53,116 nt of DNA from a virus, in IMG/VR virus record IMGVR_UViG_3300038321_000021, positions 1 to 53,116 of that record. One strand, 5' to 3'. This document shows, piece by piece, positions 27,086 to 36,491 of the stretch. Position 1 is the stretch's first letter; the number at the start of each line of letters is the position of its first letter. The position numbers and the translations under genes are program-made. The notes under the pieces were generated by a model. The model did not search any database and was not told the DNA's origin. It saw only the letters and a list, made by a program, of their open reading frames with translations.

Positions 27086-27484
27086 TTATTGATGTGTAAC
27101 CGGAGCCAATGTCGGCTGAGTAGTCTCTACTACCGGAACAATGCCGTTCACAAACTTAGCTGCTGCATCCGCATCTGTCGCCAGTTCCATAAACAACTGA
27201 GAGTATGCTTCTGTCTGAGAAAAAGCTGTAGAAAGTTCTTCAGACTTGATAAACCTCTTTCCATCCGGAGATTTTTCACCGTAAGCTTTAAGAATGATCT
27301 CTTTGAAAGTCTTAATAATTCTTTCACCGTCCTGTGCAGCAACGATCTTGTTAAGCATTTGGGTCATACCACCAGAAACACCCATCTCCATTTCTAAGAC
27401 CTCTGCCTTAGAAAGATTGAAGTAGAAATCCTCGGTCCTTTTGTTTCCGTCGAAGTCTTCATATGTGATGGTTTTTTTCAACAT
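27086..27484 (-). CDS. Tail assembly chaperone (gpG-like)
   Basis: 132 aa, acidic. FYFNLSKAEVLEMEM motif. Position directly after the major tail protein. Confidence 0.6.
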   Translation of the reverse strand: MLKKTITYEDFDGNKRTEDFYFNLSKAEVLEMEMGVSGGMTQMLNKIVAAQDGERIIKTFKEIILKAYGEKSPDGKRFIKSEELSTAFSQTEAYSQLFMELATDADAAAKFVNGIVPVVETTQPTLAPVTHQ

Positions 27485-27514
27485 AATAAATTTTCTCCTT
27501 TCAATAATAAAAGT

Positions 27515-27551
27515 GGGGAGCCGCTAGCCCTAATCCTGAATACGACTCCCC
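27515..27551 (-). terminator. Terminator / attenuator-like hairpin after the major tail gene
   Basis: Minus strand GGGGAGTCG...(19-nt loop)...CGGCTCCCC followed by ACTTTTATTATT. Confidence 0.45.
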
Positions 27552-27580
27552 GTACATTTAGTCGTGATGTTGTCTTGTGT

Positions 27581-28267
27581 TTAACCTGCGCTAACTTCCA
27601 TAAGGGCTATGATTTCGTCGGGAAGGGGAAGCCTTGGTTCCACTGCGGGAGCCTCGGGTTCGACCGTCGCATCTTTACCGTAAAGAATGGCCTCCAGAGC
27701 AGCCAACTTAGTTGCGTCGGCCTTAGTAGAGTCGATCGTGATAGAAGCAGTGGGCTTTGCGCCGGTCACGGAAACAGGCGTGGTAGTAACTTCCCAGGAG
27801 AAAGTGATCGCCTCAGGACTATCGTTAATAGTGGCGTAACCCTTCTCTGAGGGAGCCGCTAGAGCTCCGTAAATAATGTGAAGCTTGTAACCGTAATCCT
27901 CTCCATCGGAGTCGTTACCAAGAACGGTCTTATAAGAAAGACCAAACGCTTTGCGGTTCTGTTGACCGATCATCACGCCTGTAGCAATCTCAGCGGAACC
28001 ATCACACTGGGCAAACTCATCAGGATAGGTATAGGCCTCAATGGTAGCGCCGAACTCCTCGGCAGAAACGAGATTCAGATACTTAATGTTATCTGCATAA
28101 AGAGGCGTTGCTTCAGCTCCGGAAGGGCTCTCGGTTACGGCTGTGAGACCGTTCCAGGCGACACCGGTCGGATATGTACCGCCTTCCCCCTGAAGATAGA
28201 GCACGCCCTGATTTACACCGGTTTCGTAAAAACGTTCGCCGGTTTTATCCCAAACAAGTTTAGACAT
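27581..28267 (-). CDS. Major tail (tube) protein
   Basis: GERFYETGVNQGVLYL...GVAWNGLTAVTESPSGAE...AYTYPDEFAQCDG pattern. Position between the connector proteins and the chaperones. Confidence 0.7.
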   Translation of the reverse strand: MSKLVWDKTGERFYETGVNQGVLYLQGEGGTYPTGVAWNGLTAVTESPSGAEATPLYADNIKYLNLVSAEEFGATIEAYTYPDEFAQCDGSAEIATGVMIGQQNRKAFGLSYKTVLGNDSDGEDYGYKLHIIYGALAAPSEKGYATINDSPEAITFSWEVTTTPVSVTGAKPTASITIDSTKADATKLAALEAILYGKDATVEPEAPAVEPRLPLPDEIIALMEVSAG

Positions 28268-28282
28268 TTTTTAGTCCTCCTT

Positions 28283-28597
28283 TTAATATTGTAAAGTGAA
28301 AACATCATGATTAAGATTATCCGATTCGAAATGACGATTGAATCGACAAGTTGGTAAAGCAATAACTCTACCCACAATTTCACTATCAGGATCTTCATCA
28401 ATCACAGTTATGGAATATTTCCTCTGAGATAAATAAACCCCGTCATCAGCAAACATATTCTCGATGTCTTCGAGACCGTAAACAATGGCGGGGTATTTTA
28501 GTTTTATTGACTCAGGGGGTTGAAAATACACGTTTCGACTTCCGAGTAATTCCTCTAGTAAAGTCTGTAGTTTAAGCCTACGGGGCATTGTATACAC
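28283..28597 (-). CDS. Head-tail joining / tail completion protein candidate
   Basis: 104 aa between the capsid and tube genes. VYFQPPESIKLKYPAIVY pattern. Confidence 0.45.
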   Translation of the reverse strand: MYTMPRRLKLQTLLEELLGSRNVYFQPPESIKLKYPAIVYGLEDIENMFADDGVYLSQRKYSITVIDEDPDSEIVGRVIALPTCRFNRHFESDNLNHDVFTLQY

Positions 28598-28895
28598 CCC
28601 CTATAGTCAATATTAGTCTCGGGTACTGAACTTCGACATTTGATATCTTCCATTTAGCACCCATAAACTCAACGTAGCGCATCGAATGGAAATTCTCATT
28701 GGCAAACGGATCGGATACGATGCTGATCTCATTTGCAACATTGATGTTGTCGTTGAGTTGGTCGGTGGTCTGAAGTCTACGAGTATTTCGGACAAGTTCA
28801 CCGTAGTACATTTTTTCGGTAATCTGCTCCTTCCACACACCAGGCGTCGTTTCCACCGTTTCAGCGTAGCCGATTACTCCGTAAAATTTAGCCAT
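28578..28895 (-). CDS. Head-tail connector candidate
   Basis: 105 aa. Position only, plus the conserved-looking RYVEFMGAKWKISNVE segment. Confidence 0.45.
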   Translation of the reverse strand: MAKFYGVIGYAETVETTPGVWKEQITEKMYYGELVRNTRRLQTTDQLNDNINVANEISIVSDPFANENFHSMRYVEFMGAKWKISNVEVQYPRLILTIGGVYNAP

Positions 28896-28917
28896 TTTGA
28901 ATTTTCCCCTTTGTTAA

Positions 28918-29343
28918 TTATCCGACAACCTCTTCCTCAAGTTCCAAACTATTAAGAGTAAAGGTCTTCGTGATGTACACACCATCGAGCGTGGTGATTA
29001 CCCTGATCCGCTGATTCGTATTGGCAATACGGCCGACCCAGACCATATCAGAGTCAAGAGTTACAGGACCAGATGTACCTCCAAGAATCTCAACAGTTGT
29101 CGAGGCTCCTTCGCTATGTTCAAACTTAAGAACAAGGAAATTACCAGACTGCTGTTCCACGTTGCTAGAAAATCCGGTGAAGTCTGTTACGTGATGGAGA
29201 GTACCGTCAATAAAGGTATCATGGACGATAATGCCTGACTGTAAGTCACCAACCGACTTACCTAACCATTCGGCCTCGCTATCTTCAGGCTCAACAACGA
29301 GACTTACTGAAAAGACATTTCGAGAGCGATGGCAGAATAGGGC
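28918..29343 (-). CDS. Capsid C-terminal extension frame. No usable start; probably expressed by a -1 frameshift from the capsid gene.
   Basis: The frame is open from 29343 to 28918. The only start is GTG at 29160, which has no SD and lies in the middle of a continuous domain (...DLQSGIIVHDTFIDGTLHHVTDFTGFSSNVEQQSGNFLVLKF...). The frame overlaps the last 12 capsid codons in the -1 frame. Confidence 0.5.
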   Translation of the reverse strand, partial: ALFCHRSRNVFSVSLVVEPEDSEAEWLGKSVGDLQSGIIVHDTFIDGTLHHVTDFTGFSSNVEQQSGNFLVLKFEHSEGASTTVEILGGTSGPVTLDSDMVWVGRIANTNQRIRVITTLDGVYITKTFTLNSLELEEEVVG

Positions 29344-31016
29344 TTAATCAAAGCACCAGAGCAGCGGGTCTCAATCAGGTACTTTTGAGCATTGTAGTCG
29401 ATATCGAAATCGTCGAACATATTAACGGCTCCACCTTTATCGGCACCGATATTGTAATCGGTCAAGTTGACGATAATACCCATAAGGCCATACGTAGTAC
29501 CATCGTCGACTCTGCTGAGATTTTCCATTACTGGAACAGTTACGATTTCCTTAACGCGAAGAGCGGTAGCAAGCTTCGAAACAGAATCGTAGATAACTCG
29601 ACCAGTGGTGTCTTCCATAAGCAGACAATCGGTAAGAACATCCTCCGTGGTATATAGAGTAGGCTCGCCGGAACCCTTGTAGCTCTTACGGGACTTGATG
29701 GCCGCACGAATAAATGCCTTAGCCTTTTGGTCAGCTGTAGCATCAGCAGCAACAGTTACAGGAGCCTTAATGGTGTATAGATCAGCGTCGGTCCAGATAG
29801 GACGAATATTCTGTTCATTAATCTTGTCATCGGAAGAAGCCAAACGGCCGTCACCGACCAGAGCAGCGCGGGCAATTTCCTCGTCCAGCATCATACGCAT
29901 CTCGGATTTCAGCCATGCGACAACGTCGAAATCTGTGATGTCGACAACGTCGTCACGATCCAGTTTCTGCTTCTTATAAACAGTGGTTGGAGAAGTGGTA
30001 CGCTTTAATAGAGAGAACACTTCTTCCTTCTTGAGTTTACCCTTGATATACCCCTTGGCACGGGCATCTTCCTCGGTGATGTCAGCCAAAATAGACTTGA
30101 TGCGGGAGAACGGGGTGTGGTGGACAGACTTCATGACCTTCTCAACCCAGCCCATATCTCTTTGGATTAACTGCGGGGTGTTGGTAACGTTCTTGGCATC
30201 GGGGAACAAGTAATCGATGTTCTCGATACCGTGGGCAAGGGCACTGTCCTTCAGGCTGCCGTAACGCTTGGCATCAGCAAAGATGGCTTCCATATCGGAA
30301 TGGCTCAGAACATCCTCCTGAATATCTTCCTTGTCAAACACGTTGTGCTTCATATTATTTCCTCCTTTAGAATCGTCATTATTATTGTTATCTTCGGGCT
30401 CTTCTTTTTCCTCAAGAGCCTGCCCGATCATTGCATAAACTACCGTTTTCTGTTTTTCATTAAGAGTATTGAAGACGTCGGCAACGGTTTCCTCGTCCTC
30501 TTTTTTCTCGCTCTTAGACTCTTCTTTCTTGTCCTCGGGTTTGTCCTCCTTCTGATCATCGGCATGATACAGCGCAATGTTCTCACCCGTATAGATGATG
30601 GCTTCCTCATCGGATTCCTCTCCATGTCGAATTACAGCATCGATAAACGCACCGGGGTTCGCGCCTGCCAGAACGAGGCTGATTTCACGAATTGCGCCAT
30701 GAAGCACGCTGAAACCCTGCTGCTTAAGTTGGTTTGCATAGATAGACAGAGCAGACACGTCACCGTGCTCGACCAAAAGCTTAGCGTTCTTGCCGGATTC
30801 CGTTTCGTTGAATTTGCAGTATGCGTAGACACCCTCATCGCGATTCTCAAGCAGTGCGTGCCCAAGAACGTTCAGAGGGTCGTTATGCTGGTGGTTCCAT
30901 ACGAGGGGAACCGTCTGCCCATTGTTATCTTTAAATGCATCTTTCATGATGGTTCTACCATCAGAGCACTTGAGATTATTTCGGGTAGCCCAGCCACTGA
31001 AATCAAATTTCTTCAT
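29304..31016 (-). CDS. Prohead protease (HK97/S78-type) + acidic scaffold-like linker + HK97-fold major capsid protein, fused
   Basis: N-terminal PLVWNHQHNDPLNVLGHA...ALSIYAN...IREISLVLAGANPGAFID. Acidic stretch aa ~145-215. C-terminal capsid-type sequence (...MLDEEIARAALVGDGR...). Confidence 0.8.
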   Translation of the reverse strand: MKKFDFSGWATRNNLKCSDGRTIMKDAFKDNNGQTVPLVWNHQHNDPLNVLGHALLENRDEGVYAYCKFNETESGKNAKLLVEHGDVSALSIYANQLKQQGFSVLHGAIREISLVLAGANPGAFIDAVIRHGEESDEEAIIYTGENIALYHADDQKEDKPEDKKEESKSEKKEDEETVADVFNTLNEKQKTVVYAMIGQALEEKEEPEDNNNNDDSKGGNNMKHNVFDKEDIQEDVLSHSDMEAIFADAKRYGSLKDSALAHGIENIDYLFPDAKNVTNTPQLIQRDMGWVEKVMKSVHHTPFSRIKSILADITEEDARAKGYIKGKLKKEEVFSLLKRTTSPTTVYKKQKLDRDDVVDITDFDVVAWLKSEMRMMLDEEIARAALVGDGRLASSDDKINEQNIRPIWTDADLYTIKAPVTVAADATADQKAKAFIRAAIKSRKSYKGSGEPTLYTTEDVLTDCLLMEDTTGRVIYDSVSKLATALRVKEIVTVPVMENLSRVDDGTTYGLMGIIVNLTDYNIGADKGGAVNMFDDFDIDYNAQKYLIETRCSGALIKPYSAIALEMSFQ

Positions 31017-32296
31017 TTTGAATTTTCCTCCTTCGATTTGTTATTTGCCGTCCCGATCTTTTCTTCAGTCACATCATTCATTGAATCGGTTTTATCTTTT
31101 GACGGCTCACTCAGATTCTTATTCCTAAGCTCGTCCGCTTTCGGATCTTTCGATGGTTTCCAACCGATAACTTGCCGTATTTCATTCGAAGATGCGATCT
31201 CGTTTCGAGTAAACTTATCAGCGATCTCAGAAATCTCATTAACCGGAACAAGTTTGAACGGGTCTCTGAAGAATGAAATCGACTGCAATTGTGACCGAGC
31301 AGTTTTTGTGAGAAACTTTCGTTTCATCTCATCAACAATAGCCGAAAGAATAGGCTCAATCGTCCGGTTGTGGTAATTCAACATTGTCTTGTCGTCCGCA
31401 GTACCATCTAAGATGCTCTGAGTGATCCCCAACTGGCTGTATAGCATACTCGTTAGGTATTCAATCTGCTTCATTAGATTGTTCTCGACGGCACGATTCA
31501 GCTGTGTAATATGCTCAGTACCATCGGTATAAGCAATACCATACTTAGAACCAGCCAATTGATCCTCAATATCTTTACGCCGTTTTTCGGCCTGTTGGCG
31601 TCTTGCTTCTGTCTTGATTACATATGGCAACTGAATAATTAAATCCAACTTACCAGAGCTGCTCTGTTCGTCGACTACGTCTAATAGATTAAGTTTTCGA
31701 ATAAGCCGCTGCATGGTAGAGTTAGGTTCGTTCATAACTGCATACAAGGGATTTTCCACGATAGCCACCATGCTTTTAGGAATCTCAATATCCTCCTTAA
31801 GGCCGGTTTTCTCGTTATATACTCGAACCCTAACGTGATTTGGATACCAATCCAGAATCTTACCAGTTCGCATTGAATTGATATCATAGGAACCAGTAAT
31901 TTCGGGATTAAAGGTTGTGTCGACTGGAACAATAGCCACACATCCTTCATCAAGCATTGACATAACGGCGTCCTGTATAAAGGATCTACCAGTTTGATCA
32001 ATGTTGGCTTCGACGGTGAGGCAGCCGTTCAATCCCGATTCGATGACCGATAGAAAACGATCATTCTCGTCCAGACGAACATGTTGTACATTAATAGCAG
32101 CAGCATCTAAAGCAATGCGGTTATATACTGAAGTTACGATAGATCGCTCATTACCCCTTGTAAGTCTAGGTCTGTCTGGACGATAAGAATGACTAATCCC
32201 AATATCTCTATAGAAACTCGTGGGGTCTTTGTTGAGAAACACATTCCAAGCATGTTTTAGTCTGGAACCAAAAGTCACCTCCATTTTAGTCATCAC
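31013..32296 (-). CDS. Portal protein (start between 32284 and 32296)
   Basis: 427 aa located between TerL and the protease-capsid gene. SD AAAGGAGG. Acidic/basic C-terminal tail. Confidence 0.6.
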   Translation of the reverse strand: MMTKMEVTFGSRLKHAWNVFLNKDPTSFYRDIGISHSYRPDRPRLTRGNERSIVTSVYNRIALDAAAINVQHVRLDENDRFLSVIESGLNGCLTVEANIDQTGRSFIQDAVMSMLDEGCVAIVPVDTTFNPEITGSYDINSMRTGKILDWYPNHVRVRVYNEKTGLKEDIEIPKSMVAIVENPLYAVMNEPNSTMQRLIRKLNLLDVVDEQSSSGKLDLIIQLPYVIKTEARRQQAEKRRKDIEDQLAGSKYGIAYTDGTEHITQLNRAVENNLMKQIEYLTSMLYSQLGITQSILDGTADDKTMLNYHNRTIEPILSAIVDEMKRKFLTKTARSQLQSISFFRDPFKLVPVNEISEIADKFTRNEIASSNEIRQVIGWKPSKDPKADELRNKNLSEPSKDKTDSMNDVTEEKIGTANNKSKEENSK

Positions 32297-32301
32297 CTCC
32301 T

Positions 32302-32760
32302 TTATTTTTCGACTTTATCAACAACGGTACTTCTGTATGCGACCTTACCGGAGTCATAAATTCCGTTTTTTAGTTGGTTCATGTTATAACCTTGATCGGC
32401 AAGGGCCATGAATACTCCAACTTCTCCTCGTTTAGCTACAAATCGCACAACTTTACCAGATGGTGATGTTAAGTCGGAAACTTGTTCGTTCATTAGAGAA
32501 GCCATTTTTTTGTTATAAGAATTAATGGTGGCCGCACTTAGTTTACCTGATTTATTAACAGCGTTTGGGTCTTTCATTAACTCGTTGGCATATTTCATTA
32601 ATTCTTTCGAAGATTTTTTCCTGGCTTTATCTGTTATCTTGTCGGTGTTTTTCTTGACCCATTTGTGATCTTTTTTAGTAAGATTACCGAGCTGGGCTTG
32701 GGTTCTTCGTACACCCCATTTCATTCCGAGAATACCGTGATGGGCCAATCCATTATCCAT
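32302..32760 (-). CDS. HYG-LGMKWGVR leader protein 1
   Basis: MDNGLAHHGILGMKWGVRR followed by a basic Lys-rich body. Sits between TerL and the portal. Confidence 0.75.
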   Translation of the reverse strand: MDNGLAHHGILGMKWGVRRTQAQLGNLTKKDHKWVKKNTDKITDKARKKSSKELMKYANELMKDPNAVNKSGKLSAATINSYNKKMASLMNEQVSDLTSPSGKVVRFVAKRGEVGVFMALADQGYNMNQLKNGIYDSGKVAYRSTVVDKVEK

Positions 32761-32776
32761 ATGCTAATCACCACCT

Positions 32777-34522
32777 TTACTCAAAAGCATCTTTATTAGC
32801 TTTATAAGCGATATAGGCATCCATCATAGCGGCCACAGCATCGATCTTCTGCTCATATCGTTTCTTAAGTAATTTTCGATTTCCGTTCGTGTCTTCGAGT
32901 GTTATACAGTTACCCATGGCGAAAGTCATAAGTTCTTCGTCAAATAAAAGCATCCGCTCCTCAGAAAGTTTCTTTAACTCTCCAAGAGGAACGGATTCTG
33001 TTTTTGCACCCTGTATAACTTTTTCAATACCAAATGGTCCATTTTCGGATTCCCAACGTTCAACAAACTCTTTTGCGTTGTATGGATCAAAGCCGAAACA
33101 TCGCACATCATAACCGCATTCAGTTATATGACTGTCTAAATCCTCATAAACCTGCATCATGTCGAGCACAGTTCCCTCAAGAACGATCAAACTTCCTTCG
33201 TTCATAAATTGGTCATACTTAATTCTCATGGCCGCTGGTAATTTCATTAGTGTTAACGAAGATATGTAGTTTCTGGTTTTGACACCAAAACAACCATTTG
33301 GTAGAGGAAACAGAAATGTAAACGCACAGAAATCATCACCTTGTGAAAGGTCACCACCCAAGGCACAAGGCATTTGCCAAAAGTCTCGTTTCCTATGTTT
33401 GAGGGTTTCTTCATAAGTGAAGTAGTAAGTGTAACCCTCCATGGGAATCCCAAAACGCTTTGCCAAAATATCGTTTCTAGCTGCCGGGGCTTTTTCTGCT
33501 CTTTCGACATCTAGTTGATAAGTTTCATAGCTAACGGTCTTGCCAATATTTGGATTGGCCTTTATCCACATTTCCGGATTAGAAACTTCGTCGATTGAAT
33601 CAAGTTTGTACCACCAAATCGAAACATGAGGATTAATGTAATCACCTTTAAGAATGTCTGATAACTCCATTTTGATTGTATCGCCGCTCCCGTTTCGAAC
33701 AGTACCTTCTGAACTTGTTGCTACAATTAAATAGTCATCAACTTTAGAAGCACCCTGTTCAATAGCGCCAACAACGTCCTCTCGGATGTCTCCGGAAAGC
33801 CATTCATCTACGGTTGCTACTTTTGTTCGGAGACCTTGAAGTTTGGCAATTGACATCGGACGTATCTCTATCAAAGAACCAGTAAGAAAGTTCTCAATAC
33901 CTTTCTTTGTAGAGGCTAACTTCATTCGTTTAGCTTTAGCTCCGGTGGTATTTTGCAACGAACCTTCTGTAAGAAACTTAAACAAAGGACCTCTTGATCG
34001 AGTTATAGCTGTACGAATAGGGGACATTACTTCTTCAGCCTGTTTCATTGTAGGAGCTGTCGTAATCTGATGAGTCGTTGACGTATCAACGTTTTGGAAA
34101 TATGACTGAATGCACGAATCATATAGGGACTTAGCAGCACCTCTTCCAACTATAAGATACTGTTTGTTAATGAGGCGTTTCTTAATGGTCTTCTTTACGT
34201 AGTGTCCACCGTGTCCGTCTGGATTTGGTTCATAAACGCTTCGTTCAACAAAGTAATACCAACCAAAAACTTGTTCACCCCATAACTTAAAGCTATCTAA
34301 CAAATGTAAGTCGCCGCCATCGGTTAAAGTTAATTCAGATTCACAATAATTTATCCATCCTTCAACTGCTTGGTCGTCATAGTAAACTCCGGGGTTAGCA
34401 ATGAGATCGTCGATACGGTTCATCTCCATTGAGATTTCTTTGCATACCGGAATCTCCCCTCGGATAACGGCATCTCGAAACATGCCGTAATATTTTGGAA
34501 CGGCAGTGTTTGATAATGCCAT
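32777..34522 (-). CDS. terL: Terminase large subunit
   Basis: 581 aa. ATPase LIVGRGAAKS plus downstream acidic motifs. C-terminal nuclease region FGFDPYNAKEF typical of Terminase_1-type TerL. Confidence 0.85.
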   Translation of the reverse strand: MALSNTAVPKYYGMFRDAVIRGEIPVCKEISMEMNRIDDLIANPGVYYDDQAVEGWINYCESELTLTDGGDLHLLDSFKLWGEQVFGWYYFVERSVYEPNPDGHGGHYVKKTIKKRLINKQYLIVGRGAAKSLYDSCIQSYFQNVDTSTTHQITTAPTMKQAEEVMSPIRTAITRSRGPLFKFLTEGSLQNTTGAKAKRMKLASTKKGIENFLTGSLIEIRPMSIAKLQGLRTKVATVDEWLSGDIREDVVGAIEQGASKVDDYLIVATSSEGTVRNGSGDTIKMELSDILKGDYINPHVSIWWYKLDSIDEVSNPEMWIKANPNIGKTVSYETYQLDVERAEKAPAARNDILAKRFGIPMEGYTYYFTYEETLKHRKRDFWQMPCALGGDLSQGDDFCAFTFLFPLPNGCFGVKTRNYISSLTLMKLPAAMRIKYDQFMNEGSLIVLEGTVLDMMQVYEDLDSHITECGYDVRCFGFDPYNAKEFVERWESENGPFGIEKVIQGAKTESVPLGELKKLSEERMLLFDEELMTFAMGNCITLEDTNGNRKLLKKRYEQKIDAVAAMMDAYIAYKANKDAFE

Positions 34523-34534
34523 AATTTATTCTCC

Positions 34535-35050
34535 TTATCCCTTAAGTTCTTTAATGGCTAACGCTATAGACAACGCAGAACCCGTTAAAGCAAGTGTAGT
34601 CCCAGCAACATCTAATGTTTTTTTGGTAAAATCTCGCCCCTTTGAAATACTCGGTGCGATTTCGGGTGCAAACAAAGTATTATACTGTTTCTCTAAAAGC
34701 TCACGATTGATGCGGTCACGCATTTCTTTATCCGTCATTTTAGATAGGTCCATTTTTTGTTTAGTGGATCTCGGACGAGTTTCTTTTTCTATATTTCGCA
34801 TTTGTTTAACTAGATCAGAACTTGTATCGACTGTTCTTTTTTTGCGTTCTATGTCTTCTTTAACCCACCGTTTCGGATCGGGTTTACTGGTATCTATCCT
34901 AGAATCTTTTTTTTTAGATAGATTAGTTTGAATATCTCGATCATAACGTTTTTTACCAGTTGGTGTAAGAGTTCCGTCTTTGTTCTGGTAACGTCTTACA
35001 CCCCATTTCATACCGAGGACACCGTAATGTTTTAGTTCGTTATTATTCAT
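34535..35050 (-). CDS. HYG-LGMKWGVR leader protein 2 (basic, C-terminal hydrophobic segment)
   Basis: Start set to MNNNELKHYGVLGMKWGVRR behind SD GAGGAGGAAATTCAAA. C-terminus VAGTTLALTGSALSIALAI. Confidence 0.75.
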   Translation of the reverse strand: MNNNELKHYGVLGMKWGVRRYQNKDGTLTPTGKKRYDRDIQTNLSKKKDSRIDTSKPDPKRWVKEDIERKKRTVDTSSDLVKQMRNIEKETRPRSTKQKMDLSKMTDKEMRDRINRELLEKQYNTLFAPEIAPSISKGRDFTKKTLDVAGTTLALTGSALSIALAIKELKG

Positions 35051-35411
35051 TTTGAATTTCCTCCTCTTCAATTGTTTTTACAGGATCCGCCGCAACTTGA
35101 ATTCTCCATTCAAGCTCTGATATAATTCGGTTTGTAGACTCGATCACAGCGGAAATAAGAGGAGGATCGAAAAGAAGCTTGACCTTCATATACACATAGG
35201 ACTTTACTAATTCCAATCTTGAATTAGATGGAATAAAATCCGTCCATACTGAAGACTTGTCTTCGATCGAAAAACCTTCGGAGGGACCGACACCAATCTG
35301 AGTTAAAATCGATAGCACAGAATTGATGTGCATAGTTAAGTCCGCATCGAAGTGTGTATACTCTTCCGCAATTCCGAGCATCTTCTTAATTGATGTCAGT
35401 ATACTCTCCAT
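35043..35411 (-). CDS. Conserved phage protein (head-tail connector / packaging-associated family candidate)
   Basis: 122 aa. LGIAEEYTHFDADLTMHINSVLSILTQIGVGP...LLFDPP pattern seen in many Firmicute phages (recollection). Function not established. Confidence 0.4.
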   Translation of the reverse strand: MESILTSIKKMLGIAEEYTHFDADLTMHINSVLSILTQIGVGPSEGFSIEDKSSVWTDFIPSNSRLELVKSYVYMKVKLLFDPPLISAVIESTNRIISELEWRIQVAADPVKTIEEEEIQNE

Positions 35412-35423
35412 AGTAATCCTCCT

Positions 35424-35690
35424 TTACGATTGAATTGCGATAAACTTTTTCATACAGAATCCCTCAATACCAGAGGCCGTATAGACTTTATAAAATTCTT
35501 CGGTTGATTCGTTTTCATCAATCATAAGCTCGGTCTGGTAAACAACTTCGCAGACGATAGGAGCGTCCACTGCGGGTCTTTCACGAATATTGAGTTTCTT
35601 ACAGTCCGCTACAAGACCAATTTTAATTTCTTCCGGCTCGTCATGGCTTTCGGATTCATATGTAGTGTTGAACGTATCATCCTGGTACAT
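35424..35690 (-). CDS. SH3b-like domain protein
   Basis: LNIRERPAVDAPIVCEVVYQTELMI...FYKVYTASGIEGFCMKKFI fits the bacterial SH3 pattern. Confidence 0.5.
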   Translation of the reverse strand: MYQDDTFNTTYESESHDEPEEIKIGLVADCKKLNIRERPAVDAPIVCEVVYQTELMIDENESTEEFYKVYTASGIEGFCMKKFIAIQS

Positions 35691-35706
35691 TTATCGCTTC
35701 CTCCTT

Positions 35707-36141
35707 TTATTTATGCCTCCATGGGCAGGTATCATTTTTAGTTCGCTCAATCGGAGCTTTAATCAACAGATTTTCGTCGCCATAGTGAATTGCGTTATGA
35801 GTTGGATGAGTGGTAGAGATTAAGTATTCTGGATTTAACAGAAACCCGCTTTGAGTCACGATGTCTTTTGGCAGAATCGGATTCATGTGATGTATATAAA
35901 TCTTTCCTCTAATCTCATAACCTTCAATGCCAAGGTCACAACCGTTATCTCTCACAATCACAAAATCGCGAACGGCTTTCCATTCAGGCGACTTATAAAA
36001 GTTCTGGTTAATGAATCTATCAAATCCAAATGTCTCTTCTCCAACAGCTCCATTGAGTTTTAGATATTGGTATCGTTCCTCAAATGTTTGTAACTTGGAT
36101 AGTTCTGAATATGTCCTAATCATCTGAGTCACCTTGTCCAC
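35707..36141 (-). CDS. Packaging-associated HNH endonuclease
   Basis: VRDNGCDLGIEGYEIRGKIYIHHMNPI...THPTHNAIHYG. Position upstream of the terminase. Confidence 0.8.
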   Translation of the reverse strand: MDKVTQMIRTYSELSKLQTFEERYQYLKLNGAVGEETFGFDRFINQNFYKSPEWKAVRDFVIVRDNGCDLGIEGYEIRGKIYIHHMNPILPKDIVTQSGFLLNPEYLISTTHPTHNAIHYGDENLLIKAPIERTKNDTCPWRHK

Positions 36142-36451
36142 TATAGTTTCTCATAGCGTCAAGAGCATTTGTATAAAGCTCTTCAATTCTTTGCGCCGAC
36201 TGTAACGATTGTGTTTTTGCTTCAATCAACTCTTTCTGTTTCTCGAGAATTTCCTTTTCGATTTTCTCTTTGGTTGAGCCAAGCTTTAAGTAATGTGTGA
36301 TGACCTGAGAAGAAGCAGTTCCTTCTAATAACTGTTTCTCAGCAAGGTCCACGGCCAAGGACACTAGCTGATTCTCCCTGGCTTCCGGAGATAAAGCCGG
36401 TCTCATCTTTCTCGAAGAATCATAAGAGGTTACAGCCTTAGCTTTCTTCAT
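36116..36451 (-). CDS. Putative small terminase subunit / packaging accessory protein
   Basis: 111 aa, helical. LAEKQLLEGTASSQVITHYLKLGS motif. The call rests on position and size only. Confidence 0.35.
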   Translation of the reverse strand: MKKAKAVTSYDSSRKMRPALSPEARENQLVSLAVDLAEKQLLEGTASSQVITHYLKLGSTKEKIEKEILEKQKELIEAKTQSLQSAQRIEELYTNALDAMRNYSGQGDSDD

Positions 36452-36491
36452 CCTTACTGCCTCCTCTCGATTAAATATGATTTGGTTATGA

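Noticed and set aside
26522-27484. Canonical gpG/gpGT -1 frameshift between the two tail chaperone ORFs
   Set aside because: The second ORF is separated from the first by ~20 nt and has its own SD (GGGAGGG) and ATG. I saw no overlapping frame or slippery heptamer.
30231-31376. 381-aa plus-strand ORF antisense to the protease-capsid and portal genes
   Set aside because: It has no SD and a low-complexity Phe/Leu/Ile-rich translation. It overlaps two well-supported minus-strand genes.
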